Assembly: GCF_006345805.1 (NCBI RefSeq)
Contig: NC_042999.1
Location: 168,640,001 to 168,704,000, forward strand
Length of the DNA stretch: 64,000 nt
Reading direction: 5' to 3'
Source of the DNA: Octopus sinensis
Taxonomy: Eukaryota
In this document: piece after piece, positions 40,317 to 52,905 of the stretch
How the letters are laid out: every line of letters starts with the position of its first letter
Numbering within the stretch: the stretch's first letter is position 1
Position numbers and translations under genes: made by a program
Notes under the pieces: generated by a model
What the model was told of the DNA's origin: nothing
What the model saw: only the letters and a program-made list of their open reading frames with translations
Database searches by the model: none

Positions 40317-40381
40317 TGAAAGGAAGCAACAGAAAGTAACAACCACACTCTTACCCGCGCGTAGAGCTGGTCACCTTCAGT

Positions 40382-40661
40382 ATATATATAAAACTTAAGT
40401 TGTCTATGTGTGGCAGGTTTGGTAGCCTTCAACTAACATAATCTCCTTCAAGACCCTGCAGCGTAAGTTGACCAAAATTGAGGATATGATAGAATTGGAC
40501 CATATTAACACCAAAACTTATTTACATCAAAAAGGTGCTTTTTTTCTATGAAAATCCTTACTTTTTACAATTTTTTGACTGCTGTGTCGCCATTTTTCGG
40601 CGTATTTCAAACAGAAAAATGTGTCAAAACAAACCTCAGCAATGCCGGGCGATACCGCTAG
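40382..40661 (+). mobile_element. Short Helitron-like element
   Basis: tatataaaac start; 3' gcaatgccgggcgataccgCTAG|T resembles the end of 6985-7362. Confidence 0.6.
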
Positions 40662-40664
40662 TAT

Positions 40665-40705
<41 letters not shown>

Positions 40706-41297
40706 AGAAGGTTTGGATGTGATGTACAGATATTATATATATATATATATATATTAGAAGATTAGTTTTGCAAAATAGAACAGCGACAATTATCTCTGCT
40801 TATGGCCCTGCAAGCGGATCTATCAAATGAACAAAAGGACTGCTTTTATGATATCCTTCCGCAGGCTATCTCAAAGAGGAATAACAATGATCTCATCTTC
40901 GTGGCTGGTGATTTCAGAAGACATGTTGGGCAGCAGCCAGGTATGTTCCATAGTGCACATGGGGACCATGGAATAGGTTCTCGAAATGAAGAGAGGACAA
41001 GGCTACTGGAGTTTTGTGATGTGAATAACCTATCGATTTGCAATACCAACTTGAGGAAGCTAGACAGCCACCTGATTACCTATCAATCAGATGACCACAC
41101 TAGCCAGATCGATTGCATTCTCACCAGACAGTGAGATACATGGTTGCTCATAAATGCAAAGATCTTCTCTGGTGAAGAATGTACCCTGCAGCATAGACTA
41201 GTCGTAAATAACATTAGACCTCAGGCCAGAAGGGTACCACAAAAAAGACCGATCTAGAAGCTTAGGGATCCTCTATATGGTCATCAGAGATATAGAG

Positions 41298-41712
41298 AAT
41301 ACCAAACGAGTTCCCTATGGATACCGTATTTATTACAACGAGTGGCTTGTAAACGTATCTAACTCACTTTCGCTCGTTAGATACGTTTACAAGCCACTCG
41401 TTGTAATAAATACGGTATCCATAGGGAATGAGTTTGGTATTTTATTTATTACACACGAATAAACGACCATATTTTATAAACCCAATAACTAAATTCTTCA
41501 CGTTTAGTTGTAACTTATGAATGACAAAAGTAGTGCTGTCACCGTGACCTCAGGTCATCACCATGGATTGACCAATCAGAAGCAGCGCTGTCACCGTGAC
41601 CTCGGGTCATCACCATGGATTGACCAATCAGAAGCAGCGCTCGCAGTATCTGACATATGTTAGATACCAAAAATATCTCAAAGTGTTCTCACTCACATGT
41701 GTGTAATAATTA
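41298..41712. mobile_element. Palindromic non-autonomous DNA element (Crypton-like architecture, unassigned)
   Basis: Interrupts the RTE; 53-bp perfect hairpin; tattacacac...gtgtgtaata inverted motifs; tandem 52-bp duplication containing CCAAT. Confidence 0.6.
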
Positions 41713-43239
41713 GGGATATCCAAGTTAATAAATTTGATAAGGAGGAGGAGACACTACAGACTTGTAACATAGAGGGCAACTGAGAATTCCTACGGGACAG
41801 CTTGCTAAGTGCCACAGACCAAATCTGTGAATGGTGTAAAGTCCCATCTAGACTAAAGGTGATGTGGTGGTGGAATGATGCTGTAGACAAGGCCATTAGG
41901 GCAAAGAAACAAGTCTGGAAGGACTGGAAGTAGCATGGAATTGTATTAGACAGCCAGAAGGGAAACTAGGAGGCAGGTGTATTTAGTCAGGGAAGTAGTA
42001 GAAAAAAAGATTGCCACTGCTCTGTGATGTGAAGACCAGAGACTTGAAGTGCTTTGGATTACAAGACAGTGTGCGAGAGAAAATTGTGATGTGGTAGGAG
42101 AGAAATGTGTCTGCATGGATGATGGTTCACTTGCATTTAATAATTCTGCAAGGAAAGGGGCTTGGAAATGCCATTATGAAAGGCTGCTAAATGAAGAGAA
42201 TGAATGGGAGAGGGAGAGTCTGCCAAATGTTGACCCAACTGAGGGACCAGCTAACTGAATTGACAGTAGATAAAGCAATTAAGGATATGGAGGTAGGAAA
42301 AGTCCCTAGCCCAACAGGAATCACTGCTGAGATGCTTAGAATATATGGTGGTGTATGTTATGGCCTAGTCACCCATATAGTTAACCAGGTGGTACACAAA
42401 GGAGTCGTACATAATGTTGACATGGGGAAAGCCTTTGACAGTTCTCCAGCTCCCTTACCTGGAGGTCAGTGTGGAAACTAGGGATAGATCAGTGGATGGT
42501 GAGAGCTGAACAGACCATGTACAAGGATACTGTCAGTAAGGTGAGGGTTGGCAAAGAATCCAGAGTACAAGTAGGGGTTCACCAATGAACAGTCTGCATT
42601 CTCGTCTTGTTCCTCATAGTCCTCCAAGTAATGACAGGAATTTAAGACGGGCTACCCCTGGGAGCTCCTCTATGCTGAGACCTTGTTCTTATAGCTGAAT
42701 CATTACCAGAACTAGAGAAGTTTCAGATATGGAAGCAAAGTCTAGAATCAAAGGGCCTTAGAGTTAACCTAGCAAAAACCAAAGTCCTAGTAAGTAGGAA
42801 AGCAGACAAATCACAAACCCCTCAGGTAGATGGCCCTACTCAATCTGTAGGAAAGGTGTAAGTAGAAATTCCATAAGATGTACCCAGTGTAAGCTATGGA
42901 CACATAAGAGGTACAACAATATCAGAGGAAGGTTAGCAGGGTAACTAGTTCTTGTGTGTGGATGGTGCAGATACAATTAAAACTAAAAATGTGCAGAAGA
43001 TAGACTCCATCAAATGCAAGGAGGAAAAACTAGAAGCAGTTGATAACTTCCATTACCTAGGTGACCAAGTCAGTAGTGGTGGTGGTGGATGCCTCTCCCT
43101 CAGAGTGAAAGTCAGATTGTATCGTACCTGTGTGCGAACAACCAAGCTACACAGCAATAAAACATGGGCTGTGACTGCAGAGGAGATGTGAAGGCTTGAA
43201 AGAAACGAAGCTGATTTGCTTATCTGGATGTATAATGTT

Positions 43240-43650
43240 ACTCTTTACTCCTTTACTCTTTTACTTGTTTCAGTCATTTGACTGCGGCCATGCTGGAGCA
43301 CCACCTTTAGTCGAGCAAATCGACCCCAGGACTTATTCTTTGTAAGCCCAGTACTTATTCTATCGGTCTCTTTTACTGAACCGCTAAGTGATGGGGACGT
43401 AAACACACCAGCATTGGTTGTCGAGCAATGCTAGGGGGACAAACACAGACACACAAACACATATACACACACATATATATATATATACATATATACGACG
43501 GGCTCCTTTCAGTTTCCGTCTACTAAATCCACTCACAAGGCATTGGTCGGCCCGGGGCTATAGCAGAAGACACTTGCCCAAGATGCCACGCAGTGGGACT
43601 GAACCCGGAACCATGTGGTTGGTTAGCAAGCTACTTACCACACAGCCACT
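43240..43650 (-). mobile_element. SINE family A inserted in RTE
   Basis: Match to family A; RTE sequence resumes on both sides. Confidence 0.9.
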
Positions 43651-44293
43651 TAGTGTGCATTTACAACAGAGTGTAAATATCTTGAGAGAAAAACTGGGCA
43701 TAAGAGGCATCAAATGTAATGTACAAGAGAGACAAAATCTATACCATTGGAAGGAAGCTGTGGAAGAGGGAGACCTAGGAAGACATGGGACGAGGTGATG
43801 AAGCATGATCTTCGAACATTGGGCCTCACAGAGGTAATGACTAGTGATTGAGACCTTTGATGATATGCCATGTTTGAGAAGTCCTGACAAGCCACTGGTC
43901 TCTTTTGATCGTTGGGCATCACAGCGGCAATGCGGTCAATGTTGGTGTCACATAACTAGCACCTGTGCTTGCAGCACATAAGAAGCACCTTTTAAATGGT
44001 GGACCTCATGGAGGCAATGACAAATGACCAAGACCTTTGGCAATATGCTGTGCTTGAGAATAAGACCAATTGAGCCAAGTGAAATTGTAGTTGTGGTAGA
44101 TACTGGTCTCATGCAACTGGCACATTAAAGCACTAATTACAGTCTCGGAGTGTTTGGCGTTATGAAGGGCATCCAGTTGTAGAAACCACGTCAAATTGGA
44201 CTAGAGTCTAGTGAAGCCTCTTAGCTTACCAGTCCTGGTCAAACTGTCCAACCCATGCTGGCATGGACTATAGACATTAAATGATGATGATGA

Positions 44294-45160
44294 TAGGTGA
44301 AGTGGTGGTGGAACAAGGAGGTGGACAGTGATATAAAAGCAAAGAGACAGGCCTGGAAGGACTGGGAAAATGGTGGAAGCAGAGCATTATAACAGGGAGC
44401 CAGAGGGAGGCTAGGCAATAGGTTTACATAGCAAAAGGAAAAGTGGAAGGTTAAAAGTTAACCAATGTTCTACAGTGTGAGGATCAGAAGCATGAGGTGT
44501 TCAAGATTGCAAAGCAGTGTATCAGAGAGAATAGAGATGTGGTGGGTGAGAAATGTGTGCAAATGGATAATATTGATAATATTAGCGGTTGGGAGGCAGT
44601 TGCCGGCAACCGTGGAGACTGGCGACGTACCGTAAGAGAGGGAATACAAAGGAGTGACAGAGAGAGAGAGGAGAAATGGAAAGACAAGAAAAGATGTCAA
44701 TAAGAAACTATGGCATTACAACCAGCCAGGAACAGTCTTCGCTACATTTGCGGTACCTGCCAGAGGGAGTGTTTGTCCAGGATAGGACTACACAGCCACA
44801 GCAGGAAGTGTATCAGGACATGAAATGTAAAAGCCGGACTGGACTATTTTATGCGCAACTCCATTGTCTCCTGAGACAAAAAGGATGCCAACAATGGTGC
44901 TTAGTGACTCAGAGAAGAAAGATGCATGGAGATGCCATTATGAAAGGTTGCTAAATGTGAAGAATGATTGGGAGAAGGAGAGTCTTTCAAATATTGAACC
45001 AATTGAGGGACCAACCTCCAGAGTTGACAGCAGCACAATAGATAAGGCAATTAAGAAAATGAAGACTAGGAAAGTCCCTGGACCTTCAGGTATCACTACT
45101 GAGATGATTAAAATATCAGGTAGTGTGGGATACAGCCTAGTCACTTGCATAGTTAATCAG
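44294..45160 (+). mobile_element. Third RTE fragment with a nested BovB-like RTE 3' end (~44570-44895)
   Basis: KWWWN, WRCHYERLLN, PGPSGIT; insert WEAVAGNRGDWRRTV..CGTCQRECLSRIGLHSH. Confidence 0.8.
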
Positions 45161-45589
45161 GTTATTCCTGCCCTCTACCCAGGTTTTCACTAGTCACTGC
45201 AATCCCCACTCCCTAGTTGCACCTTCTTGGTAATACCTGACTGCATATATTACGACCTTCATACCCCTCTTTTCTTTACCATCACATCTATGCTCTGATC
45301 TTATTACTTGTGAGTATACCCTGGCACTTCACCATCTCTCTCTTACAGTTTTGTGGGTTCCTACTATCTCTCTTCCCTCTGGCTGAGTAGCCATGTACCT
45401 CCTCTACAGCTGCATACCTATTTCTGCCTCTCTAATTTTCTGTCACACTCTAACCTTTCATCAATACCCCCTCTGTTATAGCAAGACACTCGTTTCTGCC
45501 CCTCTTTCCCTTTCATTATCTGACACAAGTTTCCCTCCTCAAATGCCCCTGCCTCTCAATTCCTTATCTTGCGAGTTACATGGAGATCT

Positions 45590-46056
45590 TGACAGTGCTG
45601 GTGCCACATAAAAAGCATCCAGTCCACACTGTAAAGCGGTTGACATTTGGAAGGGCATCCAGCTGTAAAAGCCTTGCCAAAAGTAACCTTGCCTGTGCTA
45701 GTGCCACATAAAAACCACTGAGTTCACTCTGCAGAGTGGCTGGTGTTAGGAAGGGCATCCAGTTGCACAAGGTAGTTTTTCTACCTGGCCAGCTCCTGTG
45801 AACCACTCTACTCATATATACATGGAAGATGGAAGTTAAATGATGATGATATATATATATAAGCACCCCGGTGTCATGCAAATAGCTCCTGCACCGGTGG
45901 CACGTAGAAGCACCCATTACACTCTCAGAGTGGTTGGCGTTAGGAAGGGCATCCAGCCAAATCAGACTGGAGTCTGGTGCAGCCTTCCAGTGTGCCAGCC
46001 CAGTCAAACTGTCCAACCCATGCCAACATGGACAAGGGACATTAAATGATGATGAT
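45590..46056 (+). mobile_element. Diverged family B elements
   Basis: ggaagggcatccag motifs and (gat)n tails. Confidence 0.7.
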
Positions 46057-46059
46057 ATA

Positions 46060-46810
46060 TTGGGTTATCCCATAAGTAATACAGTTTTTTTTATACTTCT
46101 TTTATTCTTCAAAACTAAGATAAAGTTCTTTTTTAATCTAAAATATACTTTCCTTCATTTTCTACAAAGCTCTTCCATCTATCTGGTAGACTTGCAAGGC
46201 CCCCCTCTTCCAAAATCCAGTTGTCTACAATGAAAAATACTCCTCCAGACCTTGTCTACAGAATTCGTATTTTTTCTGTCCCAATGATTTTGATTAGACA
46301 TAGAAAGTTTGTGAGGAACCCATTGACCTAATTTGCCGACTTATCTGAAGGCACACAGATGTTGATGAATGGATAAATGACCAAATCGAAGCCTCTCTGC
46401 CAATTCCTCAACAGTTATGATGGATTTTGTTCCACCAGGGTTTTCAGGACATCCTAGCCAAGCTCTACAGATTTTCCAGTACAAGGCTCATGTTCTAGGT
46501 TGTAGTTTCCATCTCAAAATTTCTGGAACCACCATTGACACTGGCTTACGCTTATTGCCTGATCCCCAGATACTGCATTAATATTCCTTGCACTTTCCAT
46601 TGTGTTGTTGCTTTCATTGAACTCATAAAGCAAAATATGCTCCTTTGTCACTTCCATTATAGCTTTGAAAAAATAACTGTTAAAATCGAACTGCACTCTT
46701 CAAAACTTGCACTAAGCATAAGGACATGGTAAAATTACTACCAGCTTTTATAGCAAGTTAACTTTTAGTTCATGCAATTGAAAAAACTGCATTATTATGG
46801 GATGACCCAA
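46060..46810 (-). mobile_element. Internally deleted mariner element
   Basis: TIRs ttgggttatcccataa / ttatgggatgacccaa with TA flanks; HILLYEFN..ARNINAV..CQWWFQKF. Confidence 0.85.
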
Positions 46811-46827
46811 TATATATATATATTATA

Positions 46828-47243
46828 TCGATCGTGGCCGTGCCAGCCTCGCCTCGCCTCCGTGCCGGTGGCACGTAACAAACACCATCCGAGCGTGGCC
46901 GTTTGCCAGCCTCGTCTGGCACCTGTGTCGGTGGCACATAAAAAACACCATCCGAGCGTGGCCGTTTGCCAGCCTCGTCTGGCACCTGTGTCGGTGGCAC
47001 ATAAAAAACACCATCCGAGCGTGGCCGTTCGCCAGCCTCGTCTGGCACCTGTGTCGGTGGCACATAAAAAGCACCCACTACACTCACGGAGTGGTTGGCG
47101 TTAGGAAGGGCATCCAGCTGTAGAAACACTGCCAGATCTGACTGGCCTGGTGCAGCCTTCGGGCTCCGCAGACCCCAGTTGAACCGTCCAACCCATGCTA
47201 GCATGGAAAGCGGACGCTAAATGATGATGATGATGATGATGAT
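46828..47243 (+). mobile_element. Family B element with three full 63-bp tandem units
   Basis: gtggcac recurs at 46868, 46931, 46994 and 47057. Confidence 0.9.
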
Positions 47244-47253
47244 GTGTGTGTGT

Positions 47254-47950
47254 AAAATTAATATAAACAGCTAGGTGCAATATAAAACCATAAAGGAAAC
47301 ATTTTATCATCACTAATTGTGAATGAGGGTTGCTGAAATACCTATATTGCAAGAAATAGGAGTTAAAAACTCTCAATACAGAAAGAAGCACACAATATAT
47401 AAACAGGAGAGATAACAGTCAGCTTTAGCCAAACCATCAAGCAATCGAGTAGTCACCACTGATGAACCTATGGCTGATAGGAGAAACTAGTCCAGTCTAG
47501 TGATCCTACAGACACTCATAGAGTGGTCATCTCCCATCAGTCTATATACTTTGCATGCTTTTTACAACATCCAGAGTTTTTAACTCTTATTTATTGCAAT
47601 ACAGGTCTTTAGCATTGTCAGTCGCAATAGTAACAATAAAACGTTTCCATTGTGATATTATATTGTGCCTAGCTGTTTATATTAATTTTTAATATATGTA
47701 TTAGCATTTTGCTAACTCTCATAAATTTTTATGGTAAAAATATATATACTGGTAAGTAGCTTGCTTACCAACAACATGGTTCCATCGCTTGGAATTACTG
47801 TTATGCTTTTGTCAAAAGCATAACTGTCACAATTGAGGACAATGAAAGAAACTTGGGTAATTTAAGAATTAAGGAAGCTATTCTCATAGACAGACTAGGG
47901 CCCCAAATCAACAACAGGCTGGAGCTTAGCAGTCAATATATTCTCTAGCT
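47254..47950 (+). mobile_element. Penelope-like remnants: palindromic pLTR-like segment plus GIY-YIG C-terminus
   Basis: Inverted arms 47254-47373 and 47573-47690; hammerhead-like core at 47459; LRIKEAILIDRLGPQINNRLE at ~47860-47925. Confidence 0.55.
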
Positions 47951-48409
47951 ACATTTGGATGCATGTAGGTTTTTTTTTATGACATGCTCATGTATTATTC
48001 ATAAAAAAAAAGGAAAGAGAAAAGGAAGGAAAAAAGGAAACTTCATGTATAATACATAACTTAGAAGCAGCGCTATGGATGTGCCGGCACACATGAGCCT
48101 GAAACACGGCCGCCTCATGCACTTCTCATGAGGAATTCCGGAAGGAGTTTCATAAAACCAGTGCAGAGGAGACACTTCCGGGGGACAAAAAAAAAAAAAA
48201 AAAGGAAAAATGGAAGAAGGAAGAAAGGGGAAAAAAGCTGTTAGAAAATCAATTATGTGACTCGATCAATCCCTAGGGATATCTGAAGAAGGAACTTTTA
48301 TATTCCAAAATATTATATCAGACTATGGATGATTAAATCATAACAGTTATTTTAGTGCATTGTTGTGCCATTCAGAACACATTATTACTATTTATTATTA
48401 TTGTTTATC

Positions 48410-48708
48410 ACGTAATCACGTGACCAACCAGTCCATCAGATGTAGTTACACATCGCTGGTCACAATGCGTTCGCATTGTTTTAGCCTTCGAATGACGCCA
48501 CCCCGCTGGCTAAGCGAGCAGGCCAACAGAAGAAAGAGTGAGAGAAAGAGTGGTGAAAGAGTACAGCAGGGATCACCACCCCCTGCTGGAGCCTCGTGGA
48601 GCTTTTAGGTGCTTTTGCTCAATTAACACACAACGCTCGGTCTGGGATCGAAACCGCAATCCTACGACCGCGAGTCCGCTGCCCTAACCACTGGGGCATT
48701 GCGCCTCC
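48410..48708 (-). mobile_element. SINE family D
   Basis: Reverse complement of the head at 23849. Confidence 0.8.
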
Positions 48709-49252
48709 ACATATATATATATATATATATATTGCATGCTTCTTACCGGATCAAGTGTTTTTAACTCTTATTCCACAATGAAGGTGCTTCAGCGCCCTCA
48801 GTCACAATTAGTAACAATAAGATATATATATATATATATATACACACACATAAGTGAAAGCATGGCTGTGTGGTAAGAAGCTTACTTCTCAACTATATGG
48901 TTTCAGGTTCAGTTCCATTGCTCAGTACCTTGGGCAAGTGTTTTCTGTCACCCCAGGCCAACCAAAGCCTGTGAGTGGATTTGGTAGACAGAAACTGAAA
49001 GAAGCTCTTCCCATGTATATATAAATAAATGTATATGCATTGATATTACACGATAGTTGTAAATAAGTGCTATCGTCATGCTAGCAGTGTCCTTTGTTTC
49101 CAACATTCTGTGAAAACCCACCTGGTCATGCAGAAATATTACTTTACTTGGGAGAAGGTGAGGGCTGACAACAAGAAGGGCACACAGCATAAGAAATCTA
49201 CCAAATCCATGCAAGCATGGAAAATGGACGTGAAAATGATTATGAGATATAA

Positions 49253-49407
49253 GTTGGCGTTAGGAAGGGCATCCAGCCGTAGAAACACTGCCAGATCTGA
49301 CTGGGCCTGATGAAGCCTTCCAGCTTCACAGATCCCAGTTGAACCGTCCAACCCATGCTAGCATGGAGAACGGACGCTAAATGATGATGATGATGATGAT
49401 GATGATG
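49253..49407 (+). mobile_element. Family B 3' fragment
   Basis: Conserved tail and (gat)n. Confidence 0.8.
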
Positions 49408-49449
49408 TATATATCATCATCATTTAATGTCCACTTTTCCATGCATGTG

Positions 49450-49875
49450 ATGATGATGGCAATCCCTCAAGGTCGAGGATGATGGTCTTCGCGCAAATTT
49501 ACTGGTGAGTCCATAGGTGACCGATAAGACCAATTCTTGCTTGAAAAGATCGGTCGCAGTGCGGACATCTAGTGCCAGAAGGGAGAGTCGCACGTGGTTG
49601 TTGTTGGCGCTCCTTCCATCGTCGTCTTTTCTCCTCCGGCTCTGCCGACCTTTTCGACTCGAAAGTCACCGTTCCCTCATGGATGGTGGTTTTCCAGAGT
49701 GGTCTGTTTTTTGCCGTTTCCTCCCAGTTGGTGAAGTTAATGTCACACTTTTTGAGGTTCGTTTTCAGGGAGTCCTTGTAGCGTTTCTTCTGGCCTCCTT
49801 TTGTACGCTTGCCGTCTTTGAGTTGGGAGTAGAAGATCTGTTTGGGAAGTTGTTCGTCAGTCATTCTAACCATGT
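49450..49875 (-). mobile_element. BovB-like RTE LINE 3' fragment with C2H2 finger
   Basis: LPKQIFYSQLKDGKRTKGGQKKRYKDSLK..WEETAKNRPLWK..CPHCDRSFQARIGLIGHLWTH; (cat)n tail. Confidence 0.88.
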
Positions 49876-50492
49876 ACAGATTGGATAGACTTTGCTGAGT
49901 TGGACTGTCTATGGCCAAATGCAACTCTAACCTGCTTCCATGTAAGGTAATATTTCCCATGAGTGACATATTTTCATACTTGACAGGAAATGGACAATAA
50001 ACTTACTTAGAACTATCATGCACACACACAAACAACAAGCTTCTTTCAGTTTCCATTCACTAAATCTACTCACAAGTCTTTGGTTGACCTAATGCTGAGC
50101 TAAAAGACACTTGCCCTAGATGCTGTACTAAGGGATTGAACTCATGATGGGAAGGAAGCTTCTTAACCACACGGCCATGCCTGTGTCTATTTATAGGGCA
50201 GATAGAAAGAGGCATAACTCCATTTTGGTATCTCACCATCTATTCTAATTCTTGTAACTTTTGAAAAATACACATTTTTTTCAGAAACTTTGCAGAGATA
50301 AGTTTTCAACAATGCAGATTGTGATGAAGTTGATAAAATTGAGAAAAATATTTTGGGGAGGAACTTTAGAACATCTGCCTCATTCCAGATTCTGTTACCA
50401 CCAATTTCTGTAGCTTAAGCATTTTTCAATCACTTTTCAGGTTTATTTAACCATTATGTAATCTACATTCTTAAAAACACATTTCACAAAAA

Positions 50493-50862
50493 TCATCATC
50501 ATCATCATCGTTTAACGCCCGCTTTCCATGCTAGCATGGGTTGGACGGTTCAACTGGGGTCTCGGAAGCCCGAAGGCTGCACCAGGCTCCAGTCAGATCT
50601 GGCAGTGTTTCTACAGCTGGATGCCCTTCCTAACGCCAACCACTCCGTGAGTGTAGTGGGTGCTTTTTCTGTGCCACCGACACAGGTGCCAGACAAGGTT
50701 GGCGAACGGCCACGCTCGGATGGTGTTTTTTATGTGCCACCGACACAGGTGCCAGATGAGGCTGGTGAACAGCCATGCTCGGATGGTGTTTGTTACGTGC
50801 CACCGGCACGGAGGCCAGGCGAGGCTGGCACGGCCACGATCGGATGGTGTTTGTTACGTGCC
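50493..50862 (-). mobile_element. Family B element with 63-bp units
   Basis: Close inverted copy of 46828-47243. Confidence 0.9.
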
Positions 50863-51512
50863 CACCATCCAATGTTATTTAAAAATATGCACGTTAATAA
50901 GAATTATATGGAGAGAAAATCAGGAAGGCAGGGAAAATGATTTGAAACTTCACAGAAAAAAAAAGTTAATGTTATCAATTATAATCCTAATGTACACTGT
51001 AGAAAATGTACCAATGCAAAATTTCAATTAAAGAAATAAGCTTTTTTTTTTTAGGAAAGTTACGAGGAAATAAAGTTGATAGGGCATCAAACTGTAGATA
51101 TTTCGTTTTATAAACATATAAGATCAGTAAAGTACAGCCCCCCCCCCAAAAAAAAACTTGGATTTTTTAAAAAGACATTTGGGGATTCCACACACATAGT
51201 GTATACGTGTACTGAGGTTAATTAAACCAGCTTAATTATCATTTTCTAGTATATTTTACATTCAATAGCAATAAAACACTATACATTTGAATTTTTCAAA
51301 ACATTCCAGAATTCCAGAAAGTTCCCATGTGGTCCGTGTGTAACAACTAGTTGGCCAATCATAGTAGAAGTGGAAGCATCACATGACTTGAAGAGCATTG
51401 TTACAGTATGTGACACTTTTCAATTGTTGAAAACTGAACAAGAAAAATAGCAGAAAACATCCCTCATAAACATTTTATCATTCTTTCAAAATTTGCTTTC
51501 CTTTTCAATTAA

Positions 51513-51734
51513 CCCTTTTGATACCAACCCGGCCAAAACCGACTCTGGCTCTGTGGTACAAATTTCTTGTTTTCATAAGTTTTGAATTAAAATCTTCCAC
51601 CAAACCTTAGTCACAATTTATGTTCCTAACACTAGCTTAATGATAACTAAGTTATTTTACTAAGTTCTTTGTTATATTTAAAATTAATGGAAAGAAACAC
51701 AGAGCATTTCAAAATAAATACAGTAACAAAAGGG
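51513..51734. mobile_element. piggyBac-type MITE
   Basis: TTAA|cccttttg...caaaaggg|TTAA. Confidence 0.75.
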
Positions 51735-52299
51735 TTAAAAGGAATTTTGGTTTTGTGAACAACTAAAAGAAAATCTAAACAGCTCATATATAAACTGTAA
51801 ACAAACACATCGTATTTACAATATTTGAGCCAGATTATTTGATTGAAAGAAACATCACTCAACTGCATGTGTAAAGTCTTTTTCAATTGTTTCATGAATC
51901 TACAAAATGGAATAATCTAAGCAAGAAAAGGGTAAAAAGAACAGAAAACTTGAGAAAAGTTACATTATAACTATTGGGTGTATGGAATGATATTAAACAC
52001 AGTGGCAAAAGGATACTTCTAAAGTGACCCTTCATGTAACAGATAACACTCTGCTATATATAATACTTAAAAGATTCTTGATTAACAATGAAGAAAATTG
52101 TGTTTATCTTCCATCCTTTCTACCCCTCACTGCCCACTTAGCAGATTTAAACACTGTAAAACAGCCAACAAATCAGTGTACCATAACAATATAATTGTAA
52201 CAGGTTTCACTCTGTAGTACTAACACAAGAATCAAAAAGAAAGTGATTAAAAGAAACAAAACCAAAAATCCAGTTAAAATTGTTTAAATAATGGTCTTT

Positions 52300-52905
52300 T
52301 AATTTCACAATGTGTGACAGTATATTTGTTTTAATCACCTCATTTTGAAAATATTGAAGGCAATTTGATATTAAATATTCCTTTTTTTAAATATATCTTT
52401 TGTTTTTGATGATGATACTGTTGTAAATAAAGGTAGTAGTGATACTTTATGTTCCATTTATGCTGTGACTTTGATTTTCTTTGTTTAGATAAAAAGATTG
52501 AAAGGTATCATTTTTCATTCATTTAAAACCTAATATTAACCAATATGATGAATAAAATAAACGTAACATGTGTTTCATGATGTCTTCTTAGAATGACTCT
52601 AGCAGACTTCACTCCTGACGTTTGTGGTTAGAAGTTACTCCAGAAATTGACCCTCTCTTCTTTGAACATACTTACAAAAGGAAAGTCACAGCATTTACAA
52701 GTTTCATTTCCCCATGCATATAATGTTTATAGTTTAAGTTGGTGATTTAAAAAAATCCTAATATTTCAGAAATCTCAGTTTTTCAGTAAGAATCAGCTTG
52801 TAGAGTTAAGACATCAAAATCTGCTTGTGATAGGATGAATTTGATGCCCTAAGAGAGTGGAGAAGAAAGTAGTAGTAGTAAGGACATTTTAAATATTTTG
52901 TTTCC
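52300..52905 (-). other. BAP18: Probable terminal exon / 3' UTR of BAP18 (3' end not determined)
   Basis: Strong acceptor ttttttcttgcag at 52906; followed by repeat-free AT-rich sequence; polyA site not identified. Confidence 0.55.

Larger units (their letters stand above)
36780..40381 (+). mobile_element. Stack of Helitron-like elements; main element ~37453-40381 with cargo
   Basis: Repeated 5' motif atcta(tc)tatataaaact at ~36785, 37359 and 37453; degenerate 3' hairpin cccgcgcgtagagctggtcaccttcagt at 40355-40381. Confidence 0.5.
40780..44293 (+). mobile_element. Degraded RTE LINE (same family as 57720-61205) with nested insertions
   Basis: GDF, SQIDCIL, WWNDAV, ELLYA, decayed PHD, FHYLGD and a family B 3' tail; many stops and deletions. 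Confidence 0.88.

Noticed and set aside
46868-47070. HDV-like ribozyme in the 63-bp unit (ccagcctcg..tggc)
   Set aside because: The P3 loop is too short and no P1/P2 partners were found; the similarity is superficial
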